DNA of 63,720 nt, the filler included, from Saprolegnia diclina VS20 (taxonomy: Eukaryota): NCBI RefSeq assembly GCF_000281045.1. It is 5 parts of 2 records of this genome, joined end to end, with 100 filler letters (N's around TTAATTAATTAA, not from the genome) between each part and the next. Parts side by side here need not be neighbours in the genome. Positions count along the whole stretch, not along the records: positions 29,193 to 43,753 come from NW_008246108.1; positions 43,854 to 49,581 come from NW_008246108.1; 3 more parts are not named here. The stretch is one strand, 5' to 3'. Position numbers and translations under genes: made by a program. A model generated the notes under the pieces. It saw only the letters and a program-made list of their open reading frames with translations. It did not search any database and was not told the DNA's origin. The first letter of the stretch is position 1; each line of letters opens with the position of its first letter. Positions 36,378 to 48,272 of this stretch are shown here, one piece after another.

Positions 36378-38200
36378 ACGAAATATCTAAATTTTTCTCA
36401 CAAATTCAGATTTCATGTTTCACGTGGCTTTTCGCTCAGGGGGAAAAAGGGCGCGAGGCCTGCATTACCGCTGCACCTCGGGTGAGGCGTGGCGGGTTGC
36501 TTAGCGGAGAGCGAAAACTAGAATGCTAGGCTCTGCCGACCAGTCGTTGGTTTCGCCGAGCCGCCTTCTCTTGAAAAGTCCGTTTCGACTCCTTGCAGGC
36601 GCGAAACACCCAAAGAGAATTTGTCGTTTTCAATCGTGAAAATCGACAAAGCAAACGCCAAGTCAAAGCACGTATCTGGCTCGTTTTGCCACAATGCTGG
36701 ACACGTGGCATTCCACGATGCTCAGATGCAAACGTTTGGCGACGGTGGCGACTAGAACATGTACCCGGGTACATGTACCATATTGCGCGCACCACCGCGC
36801 TGCCTAGAATCAGTAGAGTCGCAACTTGGACAATGGATGGTACTGCTGCACACCTTGGAGCCTACGTGCTGGATCGCGACGGAACCGGCGCTCTTGGTGC
36901 AGAGCTTGAGCTACCGACGGTACACCGGGCTTCACGTGTGTCTTGCTCTNNNNNNNNNNNNNNNNNNNNNNNNNNNNNNNNNNNNNNNNNNNNNNNNNNN
37001 NNNNNNNNNNNNNNNNNNNNNNNNNNNNNNNNNNNNNNNNNNNNNNNNNNNNNNNNNNNNNNNNNNNNNNNNNNNNNNNNNNNNNNNNNNNNNNNNNNNN
37101 NNNNNNNNNNNNNNNNNNNNNNNNNNNNNNNNNNNNNNNNNNNNNNNNNNNNNNNNNNNNNNNNNNNNNNNNNNNNNNNNNNNNNNNNNNNNNNNNNNNN
37201 NNNNNNNNNNNNNNNNNNNNNNNNNNNNNNNNNNNNNNNNNNNNNNNNNNNNNNNNNNNNNNNNNNNNNNNNNNNNNNNNNNNNNNNNNNNNNNNNNNNN
37301 NNNNNNNNNNNNNNNNNNNNNNNNNNNNNNNNNNNNNNNNNNNNNNNNNNNNNNNNNNNNNNNNNNNNNNNNNNNNNNNNNNNNNNNNNNNNNNNNNNNN
37401 NNNNNNNNNNNNNNNNNNNNNNNNNNNNNNNNNNNNNNNNNNNNNNNNNNNNNNNNNNNNNNNNNNNNNNNNNNNNNNNNNNNNNNNNNNNNNNNNNNNN
37501 NNNNNNNNNNNNNNGAGGGCAGATGGCCAAACTCACTCGGGTTGCGTGACGTGTGCAATACGATACAGCGTGTCAATGAACAGCAGCGCGCTCGTGGACC
37601 ATACTACGTTCTCCTTGTCCCTCATCCCCGCGCGGCTCGCTCTGGCGACTGCGCTTTGCTTCGCGTCGATGCCATCGTTTGCGTCTTCTGGTACAATCGT
37701 CGACCAGATCTAGCGTAAGCGATGCCACTCAGAAACCAGACTTGGCACAGGCTCGCGGCGTGTCGCAGGACGAGTCTAAATGCACGCACCCCGATGAATT
37801 TTCAACCGTCGGTCCTGCCTCTGCGCACGGCGCCACTGACGTGCCAATGTACAGTACGCATCGACCTCTCAATCACAGTATAGCCGCTCGTCGTGAAGGT
37901 TCTTGGCACGTATGTCGAAGTTCACGCTGTTGGTGTCACGGAGCCTGGGCGTGTCGAAAATGGGGTCTATAAACACGCACTTTTTCGCGCGGAAGGGCGC
38001 CAGACCGTGTGACGTCAAGCCGCGCTTCTGTCGATGCTGGCAACCCGCTTGCGACGGTCCTTTGCACCCGTGGGCATGCCAACGGGCCGTCAATTGCACC
38101 AAGCGCACACATCTGGTGGCGTGCGATTAGCCGGCACCATGTCCCACGCGTTCGTTGGCCGGAAGTCGACCAATCAGCGCTCGCGTCAGAAACCTCCGTC

Positions 38201-40619
38201 ATGGCGACGACCAAGAGCCGTCGCAGTTCCAAGCTGCCGACGCCGATGCCACCGCCGCCTCGGACGCTATGGGCTGCCTTCATGGAGGCCGTCGAGACAA
38301 GCGCGAGCGCGGCTGCCATCACGCGCTGGTCCACGAACGCGGCGAGCCCGGGCAGCTACAGCTGGCTCGAGTACGCCGGCCAAGCGGCCGACTTTGCAAG
38401 GAGCTTTGTGGCCATGGAGATAGCCCGCAACGACGTCGTGCTCTTCCAGATGACCGCGCATCCGACGGCGTGCACCTTTCTCAACATGGGCGTGGTCGGC
38501 GCCGGCGCGCTCGTGTGTCACTGGCGCGTCCAGCTGCAAGAAGTGCAATCGATGTGGCACTCGTTTCCTGGCTTCAAATGGATCGTCACGGACGCAGCGT
38601 CGCTCCTACCCGACTATGCGCTCCTCCCGCACCTCGCTGGCATCATCTACGTCGGGTCTTCTCGCGTACGTTCGTCATGTCTTCTCTGCTCCGTTGCGAA
38701 ATGGCGAGCATAGGCCGTGCTGCCGGCGACCGATGTGCCCGTATACTCGGTCGATCAGTTTCTCGAGCTCGGCAAGCTGCATCCGGACGCGAGCTTCGAG
38801 GCTATCCAGCAGCTCGTGCGGCCCACCGACGACTGCCTCGTCTCGTGCCAATATGCACCCGACGGCCACCTTGTGCATTATGTACTAGGAAGCATATTGC
38901 TCGTAACAGCTATCCGCTCACGTTATGCTATCATAGGTCTTGACACACGACAACATTCTCTTTACGGCGGCGCAGTTGGCCGAGGGGCTGCAGATCGACG
39001 TGGGACCCACCGATCGTATCATTGCGTAGGTCCCCGTCCTGCTTTTTCGCGCGTTGAGCATTTGTGTAGCTACCTCCCGCTGCATTTTGTATCGTCGCAG
39101 ATCATCGAGTGGTACCTCTCGATCGCACTCGGGGGTGGCCCCGTCTTGTACTGCGTGGAAGGTGACGCGTCGCCGTCGACGCTCAAGCAGATCCAACCCA
39201 CGCTCTTCTTTGGCACGCCGGCCACGTGGACGTACGGTCGCTCGTTCTAGCAATGAGATCATTCTATTATGTTGCGTAGAGCACTGGGTCGCCAGCTCGT
39301 CACCATCAAAGCCCAAGCCCACTCGGTGCTCTACGCCTGGGCCAAGACCCGCGCTGTGCACCACGCGGCCAAGTAGGAACACATGTACTAGTCTTCTGAA
39401 GACGACCGTGGCGGTGTGTAGGCTGCAAGTGGGCGGTCCCCGCAGCAAGGCAAAGGCGTCGCTTGGCCACTCGCTCGCCAACAAGTATGTCGTGCATTTC
39501 CGATGTTCAGAGGTGATGTGATGCACATAGACTTGTGCTCGCGTCGATGAAGAAGAAGCTGGGCCTCGACAGCTGTCGCTTCTGCGGGGTCGTCCTCGCC
39601 AAGCTCGCGTTCGACAAGATCGAGCTCTTCAGCACCGTACCCTTCTTATGCCTGCGACGGCTGTTGTAGCGTCCATGTAGGCGGATTTACCTCTGTACCA
39701 ACTGGATGGGTCGGTCGAAACGTCGGGCTTCGCCAGTGTCAACGCCCCGAATGCGTGGGCGCTCGGGTCCAGCGGCAAGCCGCTCCCGGGTACGATCATC
39801 GCGCTCGCCGAGTCACCAAGTGGCACCGAGTATCAGGTACCACGTTTTCAACTGGTATAGACCAATAAGTTTATTATGATCTAGCTGTGCTACAAGGGCC
39901 GCAATGTCTGCAACCACGTGCGAGGCGCCGACAATGCGTGGCACAGCTTCCAGTACGGCGGCCTCAACCCGTTTGGCTACGTCGTTATCAACCACCACAA
40001 GGAGTTCATCATCCTCGCGTCTGGCGACCGTATCCCACCGGCGCCCTACGAGGCTCTTCTTCTGCGACGGGTACACTTTGTTTTAATCGTATGACGTATT
40101 GGCTCAAGCGACGATTTTGGCTAGGCCCCGTACCTCCAGCGCGCGGTCGTGGTGGGGGATGGTCACACGTATCTGACGGTCCTCCTCGTGCTCAAGACCA
40201 AAAAAGACAAGCTCGTCGACGATGCCATCGAGAAGGGCCGGACGCTCGGCAGCAAAGCACTGACCATCGCTGAAGTATGCACAATCACGTGACCCCTCGA
40301 CGATGCCAAATGCTACATCGTTGTAGGTGCTGCGGTGTCCGATCTGGGCGGTCGCGCTGGACCAGCTGCTCGAGCAGGTCAACCAAGCGCCCCTCGCGAC
40401 CCTCGGCGATGCGGCAGGTTTGCATGCATGTGATACGTCCGGTACCAAAATCGAATGCAATTAGGCACACCGTTCAGTCTTGTTGCGGTGTTTCCGTTGC
40501 GGAAGTGGCTGCTGCTGCCTCAGGACCTCGGGCCGCCCGAGTTATCGCTTGACGGCGATCTCGTCCATCGGCATGTCGTCGCCAACAAGTATGAAAAGCT
40601 CATCGAGACGCTGTACTAA
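38201..40619 (+). CDS. Long-chain acyl-CoA synthetase (ACSBG/bubblegum)-like protein with degenerate catalytic motifs; ~11 introns
   Basis: LTHDNILFTA, SYLPLHF, LKQIQPTLFFGTP..W, KKKLGLD.C, GSSGKPLPGT, C-terminal HVVANKYEKLIETLY. Confidence 0.8.
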
Positions 40620-40651
40620 CCATATCAATCGACTTCTTATTTACTCGACAT

Positions 40652-40708
40652 TGCACTTTGGCGCTCATATGGCCCTTTGGCGCTCATATTGCACTTTGGC
40701 GCTCAGAT
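40652..40708. repeat. 19-bp tandem repeat (TGCACTTTGGCGCTCATAT) x3 between convergent stop codons
   Basis: Visible directly. Confidence 0.85.
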
Positions 40709-40716
40709 CTGGGTTC

Positions 40717-41157
40717 TCACGGTCGTGGCAATATCGGCGTTGTCTCACTGGGCGCGTCGCCTGGCATATTACCGTGCGACTCGTCAGTGTCGCTATCGCT
40801 GTACGACCGCTCGATCGCGCGGTTCTCCGCATCCAAGACGGCGCCGCACTGCATGCACCGACGCTGACGCGTGCAGCAGCAGAACGGACCCGCCGAGTAG
40901 AGAAACATCGACGCAAAGAAGCCGTGCAGCGTACCGTCGTTGGTGCGGAACGTATGCGGACACGGCGTCGGTGGCGTCTCCTACAGAGGTGTGAGTGGGC
41001 GCTGGGGCAAGAGCGGGCTACGGGCGGCGGCGTCGCAGGCGCGTCCGCTGTTGGCGACCACGGAGCGTCGATCTCATGCACGCTGTTGCTGGCTACGACT
41101 AGAAGCGCACGTGTGGGCGCAGGCCGCGCTAAGTCGCGCCGTACCTTGGGGCGCCAT
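40717..41157 (-). CDS. Small BRI3/LITAF-like Cys-rich membrane-associated protein, 3 exons
   Basis: Spliced model MAPQ|VVASNSVHE..PPP|ETPPTPCPHTFRTNDGTLHGFFASMFLYSAGPFCCCTRQRRCMQCGAVL, i.e. CxH, hydrophobic stretch, CCC, then RRCxxCG. Confidence 0.6.
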
Positions 41158-41615
41158 GCGAGTTGTCGGATTGTGTTCCCTGCCTTTCTTTGCGTGGCGG
41201 TCGGAATTCGTGGTACGTTTTCGCACGCTATTCGTACGCATTCTAGTAATATTTTGAAGCGAATGTCGCCGTTGGGGATCGTATTCCTTTAATAAAAATA
41301 CCAAATTTATCGTTTTTAGCGTTGTCTTTGCATGTAATTAAATAAAACATAGTGGATGCAACTTTTTGCGATGCCAGAGGATGAATATTACGTATGAATA
41401 AGGTCCTTCTAGGGACGAATTCACACTATTCGTGGCACGAGTTTTAAAGATTGGTGCGACGATGCGCATCATCGAGTGAAGCGACAGGCAAACTTAGTGG
41501 ACCTGATCTGGACAAACTGAAGTGGACGGGATCAAGCTCCAGGACATTGACCTTTGTCCAGTCGCACGGGCGTGGACAGGACCGTGGCTTCACCATCAAC
41601 GCGTCATTCCTCAAT

Positions 41616-42761
41616 ATGCCCAAGCCCACACGCACCACCGTAGCCGTCGCGATCGCCTTTGTCGTCGTCGCTGCGTACGGCGCCTGCGTCGTCGCCCTCG
41701 ACGCCTCCATGTACGGCGCACTCATCGTGATGCCGCATGCCATTGGCGCAGCGATTACTGCGATCGTAATTGCGGCGCTGGGTCTCATGCACCTCGTCTG
41801 GACGCGCTTGGTACCGTCACCCACGTTTTGCCTTGTGCTTTTGATCCTCGAGGTCGTCTGCGCCAGCGTGCTTTTGGGTTTGGCCGTCAACGGTGTTGCC
41901 AAGACAACGAGCGCAATCGAGACCGCACCAGCGCTCACGACGTACCAGCACCGCATGGAAACCTTCTTCGCCTCGGACAAGGCGCCACAGTTCAACTACA
42001 CCGACAGCCTCTGGAGTTCTAACGCATTTCATGGTCCGTCAAATCCAATGTACCGCAACTACGACGATGCGTACCCTCACGGCGCTGCACAGACGTTTTC
42101 GGAAGCGTACTGCGTGGGCGAAGGCCGCCGCTTTTGCAGCGCGTTTCCGCTCGTCCAAACGATCGTGTTTCCCGGCATCTGGAACAACCCGAACGTGACG
42201 GCCGANNNNNNNNNNNNNNNNNNNNNNNNNNNNNNNNNNNNNNNNNNNNNNNNNNNNNNNNNNNNNNNNNNNNNNNNNNNNNNNNNNNNNNNNNNNNNNN
42301 NNNNNNNNNNNNNNNNNNNNNNNNNNNNNNNNNNNNNNNNNNNNNNNNNNNNNNNNNNNNNNNNNNNNNNNNNNNNNNNNNNNNNNNNNNNNNNNNNNNN
42401 NNNNNNNNNNNNNNNNNNNNNNNNNNNNNNNNNNNNNNNNNNNNNNNNNNNNNNNNNNNNNNNNNNNNNNNNNNNNNNNNNNNNNNNNNNNNNNNNNNNN
42501 NNNNNNNNNNNNNNNNNNNNNNNNNNNNNNNNNNNNNNNNNNNNNNNNNNNNNGTACCACACCCCATCGTACGACATGTGTTTTGGCTACACGCTCATGT
42601 CGGTCGCCCGAACTTACGACAGAGCCGTCGCGATCGCGTCGGGTGTTGCGCTGTTTTGCTTGCTTTTGCTGGCTGCGCGCGTGTGGGTCGTCCGCCGCGC
42701 CAAGAAATACCAGGATGCGCTTCGGGACGCCACCGTGCAATCCCCCGTCGACAACGCATAG
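41616..42761 (+). CDS. Tetraspanin-like topology membrane protein (3 TM + Cys-containing loop + 1 TM); internal gap
   Basis: Three N-terminal hydrophobic helices, loop with YCVGEGRRFC, C-terminal TM followed by RVWVVRR. Paralog at 43854-44335. Confidence 0.75.
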   Translation: MPKPTRTTVAVAIAFVVVAAYGACVVALDASMYGALIVMPHAIGAAITAIVIAALGLMHLVWTRLVPSPTFCLVLLILEVVCASVLLGLAVNGVAKTTSAIETAPALTTYQHRMETFFASDKAPQFNYTDSLWSSNAFHGPSNPMYRNYDDAYPHGAAQTFSEAYCVGEGRRFCSAFPLVQTIVFPGIWNNPNVTAXXXXXXXXXXXXXXXXXXXXXXXXXXXXXXXXXXXXXXXXXXXXXXXXXXXXXXXXXXXXXXXXXXXXXXXXXXXXXXXXXXXXXXXXXXXXXXXXXXXXXXXXXXXXXXXXXXXXXYHTPSYDMCFGYTLMSVARTYDRAVAIASGVALFCLLLLAARVWVVRRAKKYQDALRDATVQSPVDNA

Positions 42762-43753
42762 GTGTCTAGCTGGGTGTATAGTCCTCTATGTATAAGCACA
42801 TGTTTTTGCTACATGCGTCGCGTCGCATTGCCATCGAGACGTTCACCTACCCCTTAGCTACCCCAAGTATTCAGGCAGCAAAGACACTGTGCATGATTGA
42901 TCCTTTCGTCGTTGACGACGTGCGGTGCAGTAAATGAGCTCGAATCGAATGCCCTTTTATGTCAATCGGCACTGTTTATTGACCCTTGGTTACGGCGAGG
43001 AAAGCGAGAGAGCTCGAGTTCTACAGTTGTGGGGTGAAGTGTACTCGATTGAGGTTGTTGTCAATATCGCAATTGATGACAAGTGTCTTGGGCGGTATGG
43101 AGGCTAGTACGCCTGCTGCTGCTCCTATACAATATATACCGGGAAGGCTATCTTGAGGTCGAGTCGAAGGCCAACCGCACACCTAGCACTCACGCGCATC
43201 GTGTCACGACCATCGTCGAAACCCAGATCTGATAGCCAAAGTGCACCAACGTAAATAAGAAGTCGATCTTGCAGACACTTGGCGTTGCTGAAATACAAGT
43301 TCCTCGCTGAAATGCGAAGGCTAATATTGTCGGACGTTGTTCGGGACAGGAGCGCGCTCCGCCATACAGGGTGCTGGCGCGGCGACTGATGGTGCGCTAC
43401 TGTAGAAGTAGAAGCAGCCAAAGACGCCAAAGCTGCGCGGGCTCTTGGACGAAGCTCTTGTGCAGTGTCGGCTTCGTGGCTTTTTTTCAAGGTCGTAATT
43501 CTTGGCATGTTTTCGCTTCCTATTCGTACAATTTCTGTATTTTTATGACGGCGTATTATTTAAATCTCTAATTCTAATTTCATCGTATTGAGCTCTGCAT
43601 TTGTATTTATTTAAAAAAGAACAGTGGCGATGTCACCGTTTGCCATCCAGCAGATGAATATTACGTATGAATAAGGTCCTGCTGGGCACGATTTCACACT
43701 ATTCATGGCACGTTTTAAAAATAGGTGTGACACAAGAGACAGGCAGGCACGTT

Positions 43754-43853
43754 NNNNNNNNNNNNNNNNNNNNNNNNNNNNNNNNNNNNNNNNNNNNTTA
43801 ATTAATTAANNNNNNNNNNNNNNNNNNNNNNNNNNNNNNNNNNNNNNNNNNNN
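43754..43853. other. Artificial contig linker 44N-TTAATTAATTAA-44N
   Basis: Same 100-bp linker. Confidence 0.97.
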
Positions 43854-44335
43854 CCACTGACGTGCACACGTTTTTGAATCGTTTGAACGAACCGGCGCGC
43901 AAGTTCAAAGAAGACGTCGTCGCTCTCTGCTATGGCTGCGCGGCGCTCGCCACGATCTCGACCAACCACGCTGCGCTTTCAACGTGGATCAAAGCCACGT
44001 GTCCGATGGCGGCGCCGCAGTTGTACCATGGTGTCTACTGCATGGCGACCGCGAAATGCATTGCGTCCAAAACCAAGTACCCGACCGACGGCGACGACGC
44101 GCTGTGCTACGCGTCGTGGCCATTGACGTACATGAACCCGGCGTACGACACGTGCTTCGGTGACACGCTCTTGTCGATGACGCGCACGTACGAGGTGGCG
44201 ACCGCAGTCACCTCGAGTGTCCTCGTGTTCTTCTTGACGCTGCTTCTGGCGCGTGTGTGGGTCGTCCGCCGCGCCGCAAAACTATGCGACATGAAGCGCG
44301 ACGCTGTCTTCACGAGCCCTGTCGAGCACGCGTAG
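43854..44335 (+). CDS. 3' part of a tandem paralog of the tetraspanin-like protein
   Basis: PAYDTCFGDTLLSMTRTYE..LARVWVVRRA..SPVEHA aligns with PSYDMCFGYTLMSVARTYD..AARVWVVRRA..SPVDNA. Confidence 0.75.
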
Positions 44336-44893
44336 GCAAGAGGCAAAGTTGCATTATGTGATGTCGTGTAGATGTTCTGTCAACACGATCATACTCTGCA
44401 GTCATTATAGTAGTGTGCTAGAACCAAAAGGATCGTCGTTTACGGCGAGTCGGGGGAACGCGTACCCTACACCTAGCCTACCCCTAGTTTGCAAATGGGT
44501 CAAACCATCATGCGATCTATCGATCATGTCCTTACGCTATACTAGTAGGGTGACCGACTTGTACACAAGGCGGCTGCTATGATCGAGATGTAGCATGCTA
44601 AAGAAGCTGTATTGGGATATGGTACGCTTCGGACTCGAAAATGAATGTTGTTGTTTGTTGCACTGCGAGTCGACCCTTACGAGCCGATGTTCGCCATCAG
44701 GTCGGATGCAGCTTGGTCTCCACGCAGAAGAGGAAAAATAGGATGCTCCTCAGAGTGACACTGGTACTAGTGGAGGCTGGCTAAGCTATCGATCGCTGTA
44801 CCATGTTGCATGTGATCCTGCGGCGGCAGTGGCTGCTGGACGATCTTGAGGCGGTAGCGACGGAAGCTCCATGGCTTGGATAGGGTCATCGCC

Positions 44894-45523
44894 TCATTGG
44901 TGAATAAGAATAAGATCTTCGTCGGTACCATGGCTCTTTCTGGCGGCTTCGAACGACGCCAGACTCATCCAGCATGACGGGTGCGCGGGCGACGCAGGGT
45001 CCACATACGCGACGCCGCGGGAGGAGATCGAAGTGACAACGATAAAGTGGCCTTGGAAACCATCGCTGGATGGCAGCTGCACGCAGCATGTGAGCTTGCG
45101 GGCGTCAATAAGCACAAGCGCCACGTGCTCGCTGTTTGCGAGGGCAGCGCGGAGCGCGTCGATCGAGACACTGCCGCGCCGCGCGCACTTGGCGGCAACG
45201 ACGGCCTCAAAGAGCGGCTGGATGCGCGCCATATCATCGAGGTAGTCGCGCGTGTAGAACGCGTCGTGGGCCAAGTGCAGCGACGTCTCGAGTACGAGCG
45301 AGTAGAACATGATGCGGTCGCGAAGCCGCGCGCGAAGGAGCTCCACGAGGTCGATGGTCCAGATGCTGCGCGTGCGCACTGCGTCGGCGAGCGCGGCGTG
45401 GTCTTCGCTTGCATTGGGTGTGGCCCAGGTGAGGACCATTTCTGCACAGGCGAGCCCGCAGTCCCAGTCGTAGCGCTGCCGCACCTGGCGCGCCATGGGG
45501 GCTGTGGACTGGAAAGGCGGCAT
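44894..45523 (-). CDS. GUCD1: GUCD1-like protein (C39 peptidase-like fold)
   Basis: QRYDWDCGLAC, SIWTIDL, FQGHFIVV, FEAARKSHGTDEDLILI. Confidence 0.88.
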   Translation of the reverse strand: MPPFQSTAPMARQVRQRYDWDCGLACAEMVLTWATPNASEDHAALADAVRTRSIWTIDLVELLRARLRDRIMFYSLVLETSLHLAHDAFYTRDYLDDMARIQPLFEAVVAAKCARRGSVSIDALRAALANSEHVALVLIDARKLTCCVQLPSSDGFQGHFIVVTSISSRGVAYVDPASPAHPSCWMSLASFEAARKSHGTDEDLILIHQ

Positions 45524-46115
45524 GCCGAAAATAAAGGAGTGGTTTTGATTGGCCGAAATGACGCCAATCGGACGCCCCGCCCACGATCTTTGGCGCCAGC
45601 ATTGCCGACAGTTTGGCCAACACCGCCTTTTGAACTCCAAGGGTTCATTATAACTTGTATCATCTATATCCAGCGCTGCTGCAATGACAACTACTATGCC
45701 TAATTTTGTCTTTCGAAATGACAGATTTCAGCTTCAATTGCACCAACGTATCTTGGGGTGCTTTTATATTCCGCCAACGCTCTGTCGGGAAATGGGTCGG
45801 GGGGGATATACAGCAGTATCGTAGCAACTTTGTTCTTGGTGTTTGGTACTTGCACCAATAGCACGTTGATGGGCATCACCGTGCCTTGGTTAAAGACGTG
45901 GCACATGCCACGCCAGAGTCATCCGGATACAAAGTGCAATCCGCCACGTACCGGGTGCCTTATCCGGCTCCCTGGCACGATCGACAGAACGTCGTTCAAA
46001 CCAGGTAATTTAGACATGTGGTAGTCAGATCTAACGCTACACGTCGTTAAAACGCGGGAAAAGACAGATGGGCTGACCTACGACGCCACATTGGATTTTG
46101 TTGCGTCTTGTCGCC

Positions 46116-47923
46116 ATGTCCGAGTGGCGCCGCTTCCTCCATGCGTCCAAGAGCCAAAGCAAGCTCACAATGACGCTGCCATTGGACTACATCCAGAAGA
46201 AGTCGGCCATGGCGCTCTGCCTCCCCGAGCAGCGCACGGCCATGGAGACCCTCGACAAGCTCACCGACGAGGCGACCTCTGACTATGCGACCGCAGAGAA
46301 CTGGCCGCTCATCATCGCGGTCGTCGACAAGCTCAACGCCGTTCTGGACGACGAGGTACCGCGATCGCTCTCTACACCCGTGACATCGTCGCATAGGTGC
46401 GCGACGAGGCGGCGCGAATGGTGCGCATGCGGCTCGCGAATCCGTCGACGACCGTCGTTCTGGCCGCGCTGCATCTGGTCGAGGCCATCGTCAAGAACTG
46501 CGGCAAGGTAATGACCATCGCTGGATGTCAACCTCTCATCCATGCATGGCTAGGGCATGCGCCAGCGGATTGCCAAGCCCAAGTTCATGCACACCCTCGA
46601 AATGCTCTACAAGGAGCACGCGACCAAGCGCGGGCGCGACAGCTTGGAGATCCAGGCGCGGACGCTGGAGCTCGTGCAGGCGTGGGGCGAGGCCTTCCTT
46701 CCGTTCCGGCGCGACTTTGCGGGCTTTGTCGACACGTACCATAAAATGCGCATCCAGGGCGTGCATTTTCCAACGCAGTACGACACGACGCGGGCGCCCG
46801 TGCTGTCGCCGCCGCGCGGCCAAGAAGACAACCCGTTTGCATTTGCAGCAGGTCTGTATCAAGTGCTATTGTGGACAAGTTGTCATGTTTGGCGTAGACC
46901 AAGTCGAGGACGAGCCGGCGCCAAGTGCGTACAAGGACCTCCCGCCCGAAGATACGTACCACGTGACCAAGAATATCATGGACATGATGGACGATATGCT
47001 CCACGAATGCAGCAAGACCAACTATGCGACACTCCACAGCAACGATATTTTGCAGGTTTAGTCCATATGTCGCCGCAAATAGTCGACTAAGGTGGTGTAG
47101 GACTTGGCCGTGCAGCTCAAGCAACTCGAGAAGCGGCTTGTTGTCGTCATCGAGCAAGAAGCCAATCGCAACGGCGCGGTACACATTCTTCTTTTCAAGG
47201 TATCAAGTTGATATCTTACCGGATGTAGCACCTGGAAAAATACCTGAGCTTGAACGACGAAGTGCAGCAAGCGTTGTTGCACTACAAGGAGGCGTGTGCG
47301 ATCGCGGCCAAGCTCATGACCAGTCCTCCGGCGTCGTGCAAGCACAAGCGTACGACCCATTTGACTACGATGACGACGGCTGCATCATCGCTGTAGAAGA
47401 CAATGCAGCGCCTGACGATGACCTTGTCAAGGAAGGCGTGCTCTCTCCCCGCAAAGCCGCCAAGTCGACCTTCGCCGACGACCGGGCGACGCCCAAGACG
47501 ACGACAACCGACGACGATGACGAGGATCCATTCGCGGCGTTTGCTAAAGAGCGGGTGCAGAAGCTGTCGGCGGTCGCCCCGTCCGTGGAGAGCGCAATCG
47601 GTCCCCTTATCTCGTTTGATGATGACGCACCGGTGGTTGCCCCTATCACAGTGCCCGAGACGAAGAAGGATGACGCACCGCTGATTTTCTGGGACGATGA
47701 TCTGACGTCGACACTGGTATGAAGCGCGTGGTGTCTCTTGTGAAGGCAGAGGCGTCTGACGTCTATGTAGGCGCCGCTCCCAAAGGCCCCGTCGTCGTTC
47801 AACCCCTTTGATAGCCCTCGCGGGCTCGCCCCGGCGCCCACTGCAGCAGGTCCGTTTGCTACAGTGGCAGCCCCGCCGGCGACAAAACCTCCAACCAATC
47901 CGTTCGACTTGTTATTTGACTGA
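46116..47923 (+). CDS. TOM1/TOL-like VHS-GAT endosomal adaptor, multi-exon
   Basis: VHS: ATSD..ENWPLI..ALHLVEAIVKNCG..LELVQAWGEAF. GAT-like: LEKYLSLNDEVQQAL. DPF and NPF motifs in the tail. Confidence 0.85.
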
Positions 47924-48272
47924 GGTATCTCCTCGTCGAACACTAAGCTATAAAATTTGTCGCATGTTTGTCCTACCTCGTTTGGTATAATAGCCTAAAC
48001 ACTTCTCTCGTGGTCCATGCTTTACTAGGACGAGGCGACGCTTTGTGTGCAAACACCCAACCCAACGAGGTCGGAGGCCAGGCAACTATCAACTTGATAC
48101 GCGGCCGTGACAGCCTGTCCGCGTCCGTATAGAATACAACTCTGTCAGGAACCCTTGTAGCAACAACAGACAAGAATCGTGTATTCAGCAACGATGCGTC
48201 GGGACCTGTCGACCGAGTTCTCCGAGACACGCGTGCTGGACAGTCTGTCCTTCGAGCTAAAATGCAATGTCT

